Of a DNA stretch of 64,000 bases, positions 48,993 through 62,203 are shown piece after piece. A program made the position numbers and the translations under genes. The notes below the pieces were generated by a model, which searched no databases, was not told the origin of the DNA, and saw nothing but the letters and a program-made list of their open reading frames with translations. The DNA is from Tricharina praecox (Eukaryota). The stretch spans positions 2,232,001-2,296,000 of the forward strand of contig NW_026250404.1 in assembly GCF_024521635.1 (NCBI RefSeq), given 5' to 3'. How positions within the stretch are numbered: position 1 is the first letter of the stretch; each line of letters starts with the position of its first letter.

Positions 48993-50392
48993 TTCGCAGT
49001 TGTTGCTTCACATGTAGTTTGCCTGTTTTTTCCTTTTCCTCTTCCCTTTTCGACAACGCACCGCACGCGAGAGAAGATATACGGTAGCCGCTTTACTTTA
49101 CCTGCGCATTGATGGGTTTCATTTGAATGGGATTTTTTTTGTCTTTACGCGAGAGCAAATGCGATGTAGTGAAGACTTTGTAGTGGGGAGTGAGAATCGT
49201 TTGAATCGTTTGAATAGTCGATGTGGATGGGCGGGCGGGCGGCGGGGGTACGACTGACGACGGAACGTCAAGTGATCAAATGAAAACAAACTTGAAATCA
49301 CTCACTCTCTCACTCACTCAGCGGAAGTGAAGCTCGGCTACGACTGAGAGCGAGAGAGAGCGAGAGAGAGAGCGCAATAGAACGCAAGATGAGTCCGACC
49401 ACCCGACTTGGCCGAGGAAGAGGCCTGAGATTTGCGGTTCTGTTGTGGACGGGGGGAGGTGGAAGGTGGGAAAATCAAAACAAGGCCCCGAAGCAAGAGT
49501 GAGTGAGGGGAAGGATTTCCGGGCCTGCAACACGAGCCGACAGCATGACAGAGTGAGTGATGGCTAGAGAAAACAGGCTGCGGCCATGGTCTGGTCCTTC
49601 CGGTTGCCGCCGGGAGGATATCGATTGCGATATGGTGCTGTGGTGGGGGATGGGGGAGGGCGGACGGGAGTCTGCGACCGCGACGGGTTTTGCTCTCCTC
49701 GCGTTCTTTTCTGCGCTGTAATTACGCCCACAGCGACAATAAAAATCAGAGACTTGCACGGTCAAGATGGTCTACTGCCAGCGGCCTTTCCTTCTGGCCA
49801 TGAGGAATTCGGAGAATGTGGGAAATTGTAGCGTTGCGCGGACGGCGGAGAGGAAAGAGAAGAGAAAGAGAAGTGGGCGACGGGGGGAGTTTTGTTGCTG
49901 GGTTAGGGATTCTCCAGTTGGTATGGCATCACACCATGAGATTTTGGCGCGGTGCGTTGGGTCCGCTCGCTCGCTTTTTTTTTTTGGCGCTGGGGGTGTG
50001 CTGGATTTGCGGAAGGGAGGGACGGACAGAACTCTGAAAAGACAGCCATCCGGCAGGGGTGGGGTGGCTCGGGGAGGGAGCATCAGAGTTGGGAGAGGGC
50101 GCAGAGTGAGAGGGAATGGATCGGACACCCTCCAGTGTCGACTGCCCACACACCCTGCCCACCCTGGTCGGCATGATCCACGCTTCAGACGCTGCCGCTC
50201 TAAAAGGTCGCCCTCCCCACCTCTCCCACCCTCCCGCTCTTGTTTTCCCGCTCCCTCTTCCTTATCACAACCAACCCACCTGTCCCGCACTCTTCCTCTG
50301 TTACATTCACCTTCCGGCGCTCGTTCTCCCTCGAACCAACAACTTCTCCCCACACGAAACCTTATCACCACCCAAAAAACAAAACAGCAGAA

Positions 50393-51350
50393 ATGGCCCC
50401 CAAAGCTTTCACCTCCACCCCCGTCGCCAGCAAGCCTGCTGCTGCGAAGAAGTCTTCTCCCCCGGAGCACCCTCCCTACAAGGAGATGGTCAAGGAGGCT
50501 ATTCTTTCTGTAAGCTCACTCTCTCGCTGCGTTTCTATCACCGAGGGAATTGTGTCTAATTGTTCTGCGCAATATAGTTGAAGGATCGCAATGGTTCCAG
50601 GTACGATAGCATCGCTACCGTGCGCGCCGCGTCCAAGCTCGGTCGCGCACAATACCCCCCAGCCCCCAACCACCCTTTCTGCCCGATCAACTGCCACTTG
50701 GATTCGCAGCTAACGTTCTTCCTTTAGCCGTCCCGCTTTGAAGAAATACATCAAGGCCAACTACAAGGGTGTCGATGGCGCTCAGTTCGACCGTCTTTTC
50801 AACGCTGCGATCAAGAAGGGTGGAGAGCTTAAGGAGTTCTCTTTCCCTAAGGGACCTTCGGGAACCGTCAAGCTCGTCAAGAAGGAGCCTGCGCCCAAGC
50901 CGGCTACCGCTAAGGTACGCGACTATTTTTTCTTTCACCCTCGCGAGTCGCGCAGATGTCTAACATGGCGCACAGAAGCCTGTCGCCAAGAAGGAGACCG
51001 CTGCTAAGAAGGAGACCACCACCAAGAAGGCCGCTCCCAAGAAGGCCGCAGCTAAGCCCAAGGCTGCTGCAGCTGCCGAGAAAGCCGAGAAGCCCGTGCC
51101 CAAGAAGGCCGCCGCCGCGAAGCCAAAGGCCAACGCCAAGAAGCCCCGCAAGGAGCCCGCTGCCGCTCCTGCTGTCGTCGAGAAGGCTACTGTCCTCACC
51201 AAGACCAAGTCCGGACGTGTGACCAAGGCGCCGGCCCCCAAGCCCGCTAAGGCCGCTGCCCCCAAGAAGGCGAAGGCTGCTGCCGCTCCTAAGAAGAAGG
51301 CCACCCCCAAGAAGGCGAAGAAGGAGGAGGCTGCAGCTACCTCTGCTTAA
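50393..51350 (+). CDS. HHO1: Linker histone H1, multi-exon
   Basis: [35 protein letters not shown]...[10 protein letters not shown] globular domain followed by a long K/A/P tail. Confidence 0.95.
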
Positions 51351-54300
51351 GCTCATCGTTAATCACCTCCTCGCTGGTTCTTCTGTACAGCGCGGCGATT
51401 TGGAGCTCTTGTTTTCTACGAGGTTTACGTACTGGGTTGCATTTCTTTAAACGGGTTGGTTCTAAGTTCACATTTTTTCCTCCTCTTTCTCTTGGTTAAT
51501 TGGAAGTTTGGTTCACTCTGTCCTGAATTACCTGTCTCACCATCTTCCATGCCACCCAGACACACGCGCGCGAGAGAGGCACAATATCTTTTTCTATTGT
51601 TTGGGAGTTTTTCTTCGGGTCTATGGGGTTTCATTTTTTCTTCTTTTCAATGTTTTGCTGGGTGTTTTGTTTTCCTCTTTAAGTGGGTGTTATTTTTTCA
51701 TCAACGCGTAGGGTCTACTGTCTTTTTTTCTTCGTTGTATTGTTTCTTTGCTACAGGTCGGCGGTTCAATTGTAGGTTTTTTTCACTATTGCGAAAAGTT
51801 GACTCGATATTCGCGTGATGCGCTGTGACTGGTGATCTCATAAATCGTGAGGTGAGGTTGCTCCTGAGGCTGGAACCGGGAGGAGAAGTGGGAGCAACGT
51901 TACCCTAGGTACGGCACGGTACGCGGGAACTGGAGCTGGAACAGAGCGGTGCTCGCTTGCGAAGGTAGGCAGGGGAAAGCGAACGTGAACGTGACAACCA
52001 AGCTATGCATACGGTAGGTACTAGCTCTGACGTACCATACTCCGATTGGAACGTTATTGGTGGGGGAGGGGGAAGCAGAGTGCTCTGCAATTGATGGGGA
52101 AGTGCGATTGATGGCCGAAGCGAGCAAATGGGGTAAGAGTACGAGGTCCGGGGATGAGCTGGCGGATTCTGCTGGCGTGTGTGCTGGAGACTTCGGAGGG
52201 CTGGCCATGCACCGACACGGAGGGGCTCATCGCTACAACACAGTGGCGATTCGGGATCGGGATCGGAATCGGAGGGGGGCGGGGGTGTGGAATCGGCCAG
52301 CAGCGAACGGCGAACGCCAATGCAACACTGATATCCGCATCTCCCATCTCGCGGATCGTGGCGATATCTTCCACCAGCAGCCGGCTTCTCGAGGAATTCG
52401 TGCACTCTAGCCTGCCACTCGCTGTCCGCTGCGATGGCTGGGATTCCTTCCATGCACTCCGTGGCGGATATTGTTCGCTTCTTGTCGGACTCGGGCTTGC
52501 GTGTCCTCCTCCGGTGACTGCGGTGCGGATGGCTTCGCGGTGTGCTGGCGACGGGCGTATCGGCGTGCTCGCTCCAAGTTCCTGCGCCGAGGCCGTGGCA
52601 TGGCGGGTTGGCCCGGTTGGGCGCAGAGGCTCTGCGCCGAGGGTATCCGGCGGCGGTTTCGGCGCCGGGCGGTGGTTGTTTCGGCGGTGGAGCCGGAGAG
52701 TGCCGGACCGGCGATTGGATTCGGTAGGCATCACGGCAAACTCAGCAGCAGCAGCGTGCGATGATACCATACCTAGAGTATCTCGGTGGTTATGTGCTGC
52801 GTTCTTTCCCACAAAACATATATCCTACATCAGCCTGCAGGAGATGGCGACGGCTATGTAGAGTAGGTATGTACCTAGGTAGGCTGTTTGGCTCTTTGCG
52901 GTTGGAGGCTTTGGTAGGATCCATGTATGATACGGCCATTGGTAGACGTGGGATGGCCTGCCGCGCGGGCTGCTCACGGCTTTGATCGGGTTCCGCCGGT
53001 TCGTTGGATGGAAGGAGAAGTGAGAGAGTCGGGATGCTCGGGATACTCGTGGAAGGCGAGAACTCCGGCCTGCCGTCGCACTCACACTCAACTCCTTTCC
53101 GATAAGGAGGCACTCTATTAAACTAGACTACGGATACATACCAGTATCTGAGCAGGTGAGCTACTGGTAAGGCTTCGGAGCTCTCCCTTGTACCTATTTT
53201 TCAATGCAGGGCTGTCGGCATGTATCAACGTTTACTAGTACTTACTCCGTTTCCGAAACGATGTTAGCTCGAGTGCTGCGTTATCAAGCGAAGATACTCT
53301 ATGCACTCCACGTTCATCACGAGCTATGCATGGGAAGTGCAAAGTCGTGACCATATATATAGGGCGCATGTCGCATGTCGCATGTCGCATGTCGCGCTCA
53401 GGAGTCGGGATGCTCGGGAACGCTAAGCATAGATACTTCAGTACCGTAGCCTGTAGGTATCCGACACCTCCTCATTGCTCAAAGCTCGACACGGTCGACG
53501 CCAAATTCCAATATTTTGCAACCAGCAGCCCTCTCCTCCCCCTCTCCTCCGCCGGATCAGTCGTGAACAAACAGGCACCTGGCAGGGCGAACAGCAGCCC
53601 AAAACCCGCCACCCTACACGGTTCATGAATCCGGCGATGACATCACCTAAGTAAGTATGGAAACAATGTCCTGGGTTTAAGGTTACACTACCACGGTACT
53701 ATGGTAAGTACTTCTTGGTATGTAGGGACCTGGGGGCCGACGGATCAGACTTGGATCACGCGGTACGGTGGGCAGGTGCAAATCGATGACCGAACTCGAT
53801 GGCAATGACTTGGAGTCAGGTTGGGTGCCGTAGGTACTGTGGGTATCTGCCGATTGGTCTTTCGGTGGCCTGGGAGCGTTCCATTGCCCGGCCCTGTGTG
53901 AATCTTGCCGTAAAGACTAAGTGGAGCCTTGGAGACGCCATTTCCACTCATAAGTACGGTATGTACATTCATACCTTCTCACTCTTCGCCACAAAGACTC
54001 CCCCACTTTAGAACTCTCAGTGAACTCTGCGGCCTGTCAGCTGACCCCATGACTGTTCGGTCCGATACCAAGAGTCCCGTATGTACACAAGCCGGGCGCT
54101 CTCAGCCACGACTAACGAGTGCTTGCCCATGATAGACCATGGGTGTGTGTTGCAAAGGTTGTAGCCTGTAGCCTGTAAGTATTCGATTGCCGTTTCCGGG
54201 TTAACGGCCGTTGAAGTGCCGGTGGGTAAGTAAGTACTTGCCTATTTCATACATCATACATGAAACGCATCCATCCAAGCGGGTGACTGTGCTGTACATA

Positions 54301-57300
54301 CCGGTATCAGCGTTGATGGATGAGAATATACGTGAGATCGTCAATCCCGCTGACTTGACTTGACTTGAATTTCCTTTCCTCGGGCTCAGTTGCTAGTAGG
54401 TGGTTACCTCCCATGCTCAAAGTCTCAGAGGGCATAGACGGCGCAAGGGTGAACCTCAGAGTGGGAAACAGCGCCATCTACACGGTGCATTAATTGCCAG
54501 TGCCGCAGCGGCAGCAGCGGCAGTATGAACGTACAGAAACGAGAAGGGAGCCGTTCATATGTAAGCGGGAAAGCGTTCATATCCTTGGACTGCGAGATGG
54601 AAGGGCTTGACTCGATGATGGAGCTTGAAGTTGACTTTTCCTCAGCTTCAGCCTTGGGCTTCAGGAATCAGGAGTTCAAGTTATGTACCCTGGGAGGAAT
54701 TCTAGTAAACAATGCACATCAAGTACGGTATGTACCTAGGAGTGGGCTTGCTGAGGAACTGAGAGAAACGTCGAGTTTGGACCTTTCATGGTCGTCTCCG
54801 GGCGGTGAGGAGGAGGAGATGCTGCAAAGCGAAGTATCGCGACAAAATATCGTATGCAAAAAGAAGACGCCATTATTGTTCGTAGTAGGTAACTCGTATT
54901 ATATATCCGTACTAGGGATTGCAATCGGGGTACACAGGAAGTAGGTGCATATCAACACCACCGTGTGCAAATCGTGCAAATCCGAACAAGTAGAAGCAGT
55001 CGTCGACAACGCCGCGACAGAAGCCCACCGTAACTGCATCTTTGGAGCCGTGATCTTCTCCATGATTATCTTGATCGCCCGCGCATTGGTACATATGAGT
55101 ACATACCGGTACCTATCCGGCGGGTTTGCTACCATCGCGAAGAACAGTGCAATGCTCTCGCCAGCGAGGTTTTGGTGGGAGCAGGTGGGCCTTCATGGCC
55201 ATACATACCAAAACTTGGGATCGGAAGCGGGCCTGAATACCTACCTCATGCCTAAGTGTCTATTTCATACCGGTATCCTCAGTGCTCACAAACTATATAG
55301 TAGTAATCCTCACAACTGACTCATGTCGCCATACTGTAGTACCGTAGTAGGTAGTATTTTCGGGGAAATCACTTCAGGAGGATCAGTCGCAGTCGCAGAC
55401 CTGTAGTGCACGCGAGTGTGCGCCGGACAATCGGTGCTTGCTTACTCTACTTACATCTGCCTAGAGTAGGTAGCTGCTCTCGTGCCGACGTCCGTGTAAA
55501 TAGGGAAGCCTGGAAGGGGTACTAGGTATACCTACCGTATGCGTGCAGAAATACCGGGTTCCATGTTGGTAGGGTACGGTAGGTACGGTCCAGCAGCGGA
55601 CCACCAGCTTCCGGAGCGCCCCGGCGCGGCGCGGCGGCTGCGACCCTGTATGTATGTAGAGTAATGGGTGGAGCCAAACAGATCTACTCTCTACTTTTAG
55701 AGTAGAGTACTGGCGGTCTGTCGCCTTTCGGAGGAAAATTCAGCGACTCGGCTCGGGCGGGGTGGGAGACTCCTGTTTCCTGTACGATACCGTCCTAATA
55801 TGATACCTAGTACGACGTCAGCGAACCATGGCAATCCGGCACGCCGAGTTTCTGTCAGCACGTGCGGGATGTCTCACATTGCGGGCTGTGCTGGAGTTAG
55901 AGCTGGAGCCTGCGGCAACCGTCATCGAATCATCGACAGGCAGGTACTGGTACATAGAGTTGGCAAGTACTCGGATTCGCGGCTCCCCAGTAAGATCCGG
56001 GACCGAACAATCGGGGGGATCTGTTACGGGTAGGCAAGTATGCCTATCCCTATGCCCATCCCTATGCCTATCCCCTATCCCTTGAGCCCGGAGGTCTTCC
56101 CGCCCCACACGAGTACGGTAGGCAGGTAGGTGCTTAGGTAGGTGCTTAGGTGCTTAGGTAGCGGTGGATCGTCTCGTGATCCGGTACATATGATGTGTAC
56201 ATGTACATATTCTGCTTGGCTGGGTTGCTTCCGGCGACGGCAGCGGCGGCGGATCGGTGCAGGGTTGCGGTACGGCGGTACATACCTACCTACTATGATG
56301 TACCCATCTTCTCCTGCGATGTCTGCGACGTCTGAAGGGCTTGTCTGCCGGTTGTCAGATTCGAAAAGCGGGGGGGATTGTCTGCAGCCAACGCCGACGA
56401 TCTTCGATCGGTTCGGAGCAAAGCCGATGGATTCTGGATGGGGATGGAGTCGGCATCTTGACCACCGGTCGTTTCTTCGAGGCTGGACGCTACGAAGGCC
56501 GCAACTAGTGATGGAGAGCATCTCCGCTGGCACCACCCATGTTACTTCGTCTTGAAGTTGATTGTCGCGCGAATTGTACCGGTAACAGCACCGACGAACG
56601 AGCGATCGGAGGCAGCATCACCGCATATCACGCGCCATAGCCAAGCCAACTCCCGCACCCGCTCCACGAGACATCCATAACTCAGAATAGTTACTCTACT
56701 CTAGGCTCTACAGTAGCTGGCCCTGTCCGCGCTAGACGTGGAGAGCTTCGAACGTTGTTCCCCTTCTGCAGGGAACGGAAGCTGGCTGATGATTCCAAGA
56801 CTCCCACAATCTTGGTACGCAGTAGAGTAGGTACTTGGCTATTTGCTGCGCCTCAGAGGATCACGGTTGCTGTGCGGAAGAGGTGAACATCCGCCCCGGC
56901 CCTGGCCTGCCCTCCCCTCCCCTGAATATTATAGTACCGCATGTACCCAGAGTGTCCTCAATGCTCAACCCCCTTTGTGTTGCGATTGTTGCTCGATGCT
57001 GCTGATGCCGCGAATAGCTGTAAGAATACCGTAATCGCAAGCGTCGACAATGATAATAATAAAATAAACCCGTCCCGAATACCGTAATCGTCTCTCCGCG
57101 GACTGCAGCTGAATGAATGGTGAATGGATGAACGGGACGGCTGATTCTTTGTAACCGCAACTCTGGCTGAGCGCCTTGGCCACTGTCTGTCGCCCTCCCT
57201 CTCTCCTTCTCCGCGTCCAACACCACCACCACCACCACCAACTTCCAACTACCTCCCAACTACATCACTACACCCTCCCAACCGCCGTCGCTCTCTACCA

Positions 57301-57573
57301 ATTCCCTCTTCCCTCCGATCCTCCCCACCACCACCTCCCCCACTCCCCCAACACTCGTTTGTCCTTTTCTTCGCAGGCCGAAACATAGCTGAGTCGAAGC
57401 ACAAGATTTCCACGCTTACACGCCTAATTGCTGGCTGCTCCCCTTCCTCCCAAGCCTACCCGCCCAGTCGTCGTCGTCAGTCCCCAACAGCAGCCGAGCA
57501 CGAGCCAGCCCCCCTCACGCACACTCTACTCTACTCACCTCACACCGCTCAGCACCCCCCATCCTAATCTCCA

Positions 57574-57598
57574 CCCCCCCCCCCCCCCCCCCCCCCCC
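57574..57598. repeat. Poly(C) tract (~25 nt) in the MSS4 upstream/leader region
   Basis: Seen directly. Confidence 0.9.
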
Positions 57599-58198
57599 GC
57601 GAATTCCTCCTCCGCACACCATCCTACCTCACTCTAGCACATACTCATAGCACATACATACATCCACTTACCTACATACCGACTCACGTACTTACTCACT
57701 TACATACACGTACCTACTGCGCTCGTACATCTCCTTCTCCTCCTCCTCCTCCTCCTTCGCTACGGTGTCTGCCGATATCACGCATACTTTACCGCCCACC
57801 ACCACCGCCGTCGCCGCCTGCGCCGCCGCCGAGCCCACCGCCGAGAAATCTGCAGGCTGAAAAGCGAAAAAAAACAAGCTCCCATAGAAGAAGAAGAAGG
57901 GGGGTGTTGTCAGAAACTCATTTGTTGTCCGGGTTGCTCAAATTCAAGGTACTTTGGAAAAGAGAGAGTGAGAGAAGGAAGAAAAAAAAAGGGCTGAGCA
58001 CACCGCCCCATTATTTCCCGTCTCTGCACTAAACCCGCGTCGTCGCCGTCGCCCTTGGGCCAAATCTACCACCCAAACCTCCCCCCCCCCCCCCCTCCTC
58101 ACCCTCACGATCGGAGACCGACGCTCGCTCAGAGAGAGAAAAAAAAAGAAAGAGATAGTGGACGGAAAAGTGTGCGGATAAATACTACACACGCATAC

Positions 58199-61071
58199 AT
58201 GTTGCGATCTTCTGGTGGTACCGCTGTTATGACCCTGCCCCCCGTTAGAGACGACTCCACTACCTCCACCGGCTCGCCGCATTACCAACCCGCTCCCGCC
58301 GCCGCCGCCGCGACTCCGTCCGCCCCCTACAATTTCTCGAGACCGCATCCCCCGCCCGGTTCCGCGTCGTCCATGCATAGTAGCCATACGCTGTCGAACG
58401 GGCTATCGAACGGAAGTGGCGGAGGTGGCTTTGTCGGTGGACACATCGGGCCCAACGGTGTACTGCAGGGACCAAAGGCTGCTGACGGCGCGAACGGGGG
58501 AAGACCACCAGTGCCGCCAAAGCTGAAGAGAAGTCTGAACACGCCCTCTCCCGATCGGGACATCCGGCCGAGTGCAAAGGAAGCGATGTACCAGGCGCAG
58601 CCGCAGGATGACGGGTCCTATTTCCCTCCATACTCGAACGGCTCGACCACTACCTCCACTACCACTACTAACAACAACAATAACAACAACTTCAACAACG
58701 CTCCAAGCATCGTGAAACCCTCGTCGATTCCAGTGTCCGTTACATCGACGAAACCCGCCGAACATACTCCTATACCTACATTGTCCTCATCCTCGCCGCG
58801 TCTATCGCCCCGTATGGCACCTCAAACAACAACAGGGGCTGGGCCCGGTTCGCAGCTTCTACCACCACCAAATCTATCACCACCACAACCGGGGTCTCTG
58901 CGACAACGGCATACACTGCAGGTTCCAAAGGGGTCACAAGGAAGTAGAACTTCAACGGCGACAAGTGGTTCCGAAGTGGTCGCGAGTGGTCGGTTCTCAC
59001 CGACGTCGTCGTCGACGACGCCACGGCGCCACTCCATATCTATGGGCCGACGGCCGACGCGTTCGATACATTCAGATAACCACATGGAAGAAGTGCCTCC
59101 GGATGAGGATGCTGCGAGGTGGACGGAGGCTATCAAGGCGAAGAGGGCGGTTAAGAAACGGAAGGAAGAGGAGATTGATGACGATAAGGTGGTGGTGGGC
59201 ACCAAAGTCGATCACAACCACGCCAACTGGGTCACCGCCTACAACATGCTTACTGGAATTCGCTTCTGTGTGTCCCGGATCAATGCAAAGATGGATCGGC
59301 CCTTGACGGATGCCGACTTTGATGCGAAGCACAAGTTTTCGTTTGACATGTGAGTTGTGTTGCAGTGGCGGTAGAAGTGAAGTGAAGTGGAACGTTCGTC
59401 TGACGGCGCATACGTATAGTACCGGCAATGAGCTCACACCTTCGGCAAAATACGATTTCAAGTTTAAGGACTATTCGCCCTGGGTGTTTCGACATTTGCG
59501 GACAAAGTTCGGATTGGATCCGGCCGACTACCTGATGTCGTTGACGAGCAAGTACATCTTGTCGGAGCTGGGGTCGCCTGGAAAGAGTGGCAGTTTCTTC
59601 TATTTTTCGAGGGACTACAAGTACATCATCAAGACCATTCACCATGGCGAGCACCGTTTTCTGAGGCACATATTGCGAGATTACTACAAGCACATTGAGG
59701 ACAACCCCAACACACTGATCTCGCAGTTCTATGGCCTCCACCGCGTCAAGACCCCGTTCGGCAGGAAGATTCACTTTGTGGTCATGAACAACCTGTTCCC
59801 ACCGCACCGCGATATCCACCAGACTTTCGATCTAAAGGGGTCAACTATCGGTCGCGATTACAAGGAAGACAACCTCAGCGAGAACCCGCGGGCCACACTG
59901 AAGGATCTGAACTGGCTGCGGAGGGATATGCACCTTCACTTTGGCCCACACAAGAAGAATCTGTTCATACAACAGGTGGAACGGGATGTGGCTCTGCTCC
60001 AGAGGCTGGAGATTATGGATTACTCGCTGCTGTTGGGAATTCACGATCTGACACGAGGGAATCGCGACGACATTCGGAATAGTGCGCTGAAAGTGTTCCA
60101 ACCTGGGGGTACCGAAAGCGACGACATACACGGCCATGCGCTGCAGCGGACGCCGAGTAAGATGGAGAAGGCACGGCAAGCGAGGGAGCTGAGGCGGGTC
60201 ATCAACAACGAGGTTCCGATATCATTGGATCGTAGTGTTGCGAACAGATTACCGGAAGAGTTCTTAGAGTACTTATTCCTCACAACTTGCTATTACACGA
60301 GGCATTCGGTGCTAACCTTTAATAGACAAAAGAATACCATCTTCTACGGTGACGATGGGGGGTTCCGGGCTACTCATGAGACCGATGAGCCTGGCGAAGT
60401 GATCTATTATCTAGGGATAATAGATTGCTTGACTCACGTAGGTGTACCTCTTCCGAGTGATAGGTAGTGCGCTAACATCATGATAGTACGGCTTCATCAA
60501 ACGTCTGGAACATTTCTGGCGAGGTCTCTCGCATCCTAAAGACCAGGTGTCCGCGATCCCACCGCACGGTTACGGCGAACGGTTCCGCACCTTCATCACG
60601 AGCATCGTCAAATCGCCCGAAGAAGCGGCAAGGGACAAGGAGACACGAAACCAAGGCACAGGAGTGTCTGACGCGGCCGTAGCCGGCGAGGCCGAGCGGA
60701 CCGATCGAACAGCCCGAGGCGAAGATCAACTTCCCAACCGAACCATCGCCGCCGTACGATCTCCCAGCGCCGAGCGCACCGGTGGTGCCACAGGAACTAT
60801 CCTGCCCGTCGTCGAGGAGGCGGGCGAGGGCAGTAGTCGCAACGGTAGTGCCCGCAGCGTCGAGAGCTACCGTGGTGGCGCACCGATGGTGAAGAACGAC
60901 TCTGGCCTGGGCGGGAGAGAAGGAAGCAGCAGCAGCGATGAGAGCCATGGCGGTAACGGTGGCCACGGCGGGGACGAACGCGCGGGGATGTTTCAAAAGA
61001 GGAATACTGCAGTCAGGAAGCGGACGGACACCGAGGAGATGGCAATCAGGGTGACGACAGTTAGTGGGTAG
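58199..61071 (+). CDS. MSS4: Phosphatidylinositol-4-phosphate 5-kinase Mss4/Its3, multi-exon
   Basis: [76 protein letters not shown]. The start codon (58199 or 58229) is uncertain. Confidence 0.96.
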
Positions 61072-62203
61072 TGCGGCTGTGGCGGCGGCGTGTGGTTTGT
61101 AGTTGGGGGGGTGCTGTTTGTGTGTGTCTTTTCTTAACTTCTTCTTCTCATTCCTGTCTTTCCGTCTTTGTTGCGTTTTTTTTTATATCATAGCTAACAA
61201 TCATTACCGGATATTTTCCTATTTTCTTTTCTCCCCCCCCTCTTTACTTTATTATTCTTCCTTTTTTTTTCCTTTATTTCTTGCTCTTGCTCCCAACCGA
61301 GCTCAACAACAACCCCAAACACGGGATTGAAAAACTCTCTTATGTCCTGTTTTTTCCAAAGTCATCCTCACTTCTTCTCTCAATTCTTCTCAATGCATCC
61401 CATTTTTGGCATACTTTGGCATACTATACCCTCTCCCGTTCTTTCCTTGTACTTCCCCCCCGAATTGTATCTTGGCTGGAACATCTTTTTCTTTTCTTTC
61501 GTTTTTCTTCGTTTTCTCTTCATATGGTTTGGAATTTTGCTTTCTTGTGTTCTTGTGTTCTTGTGTTTTGATTTCATTGCTGTACTGTTCTTCTTCTTCG
61601 AATTGTTGTATCTTTGTATGTATGATAGTGCCGTTTGCTGCGCTGCTGCTTGCTCGTGTTGTGTTATTGTACTTTTTTTCCTACTCGCTGCTTTACTTTA
61701 CTCTAGTTTCTGTGCTGTGCTGCTACTTGATACTTGTTACTTGCTACTTAGAAGAAATGATCATTCGATATGGACTGGACTTGATCGTGGCTGGACTGGG
61801 TGTCTACGGTAGTTGGGTGTGATTGGATTGATTTACTACAAAAGCCTACTATGTATCTATGTGAACTACCTAGAAGTAGTAGATGTAGGAGTTACCACCA
61901 AACCCATCCAAACCACTCGAACCCAACCTACTCCAACCCAAAACCCAGAATGACGCAAAAAGCGAAAAGCACAGACGTCCCTCCCCTCCCCTCCCCATCG
62001 TACACAGACAGAGACACTATTCACCAAAAGCGCTGCCAATCACCATCCTCACATCACATCAACGCCTGCCAGCGATAGTCGTAGTCGTATCCATATCCAT
62101 ATCCGTAGCCGTAAGGATATCCGTAGGGATATCCATAAGCGTAGCCGTAGTGATAGGGATAGTAGCGGTAATCAACAGCCAGCAATTGTGGGGGTGCGTT
62201 CTC

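Noticed and set aside
51905..52861. Overlapping 180-250 aa ORFs on both strands
   Set aside because: GC-rich with several open frames and no motif; an orphan gene cannot be excluded without RNA-seq.
54420..55140. Possible small multi-exon gene on the minus strand
   Set aside because: Some splice-like signals and protein-like fragments, but no coherent model or family could be built.
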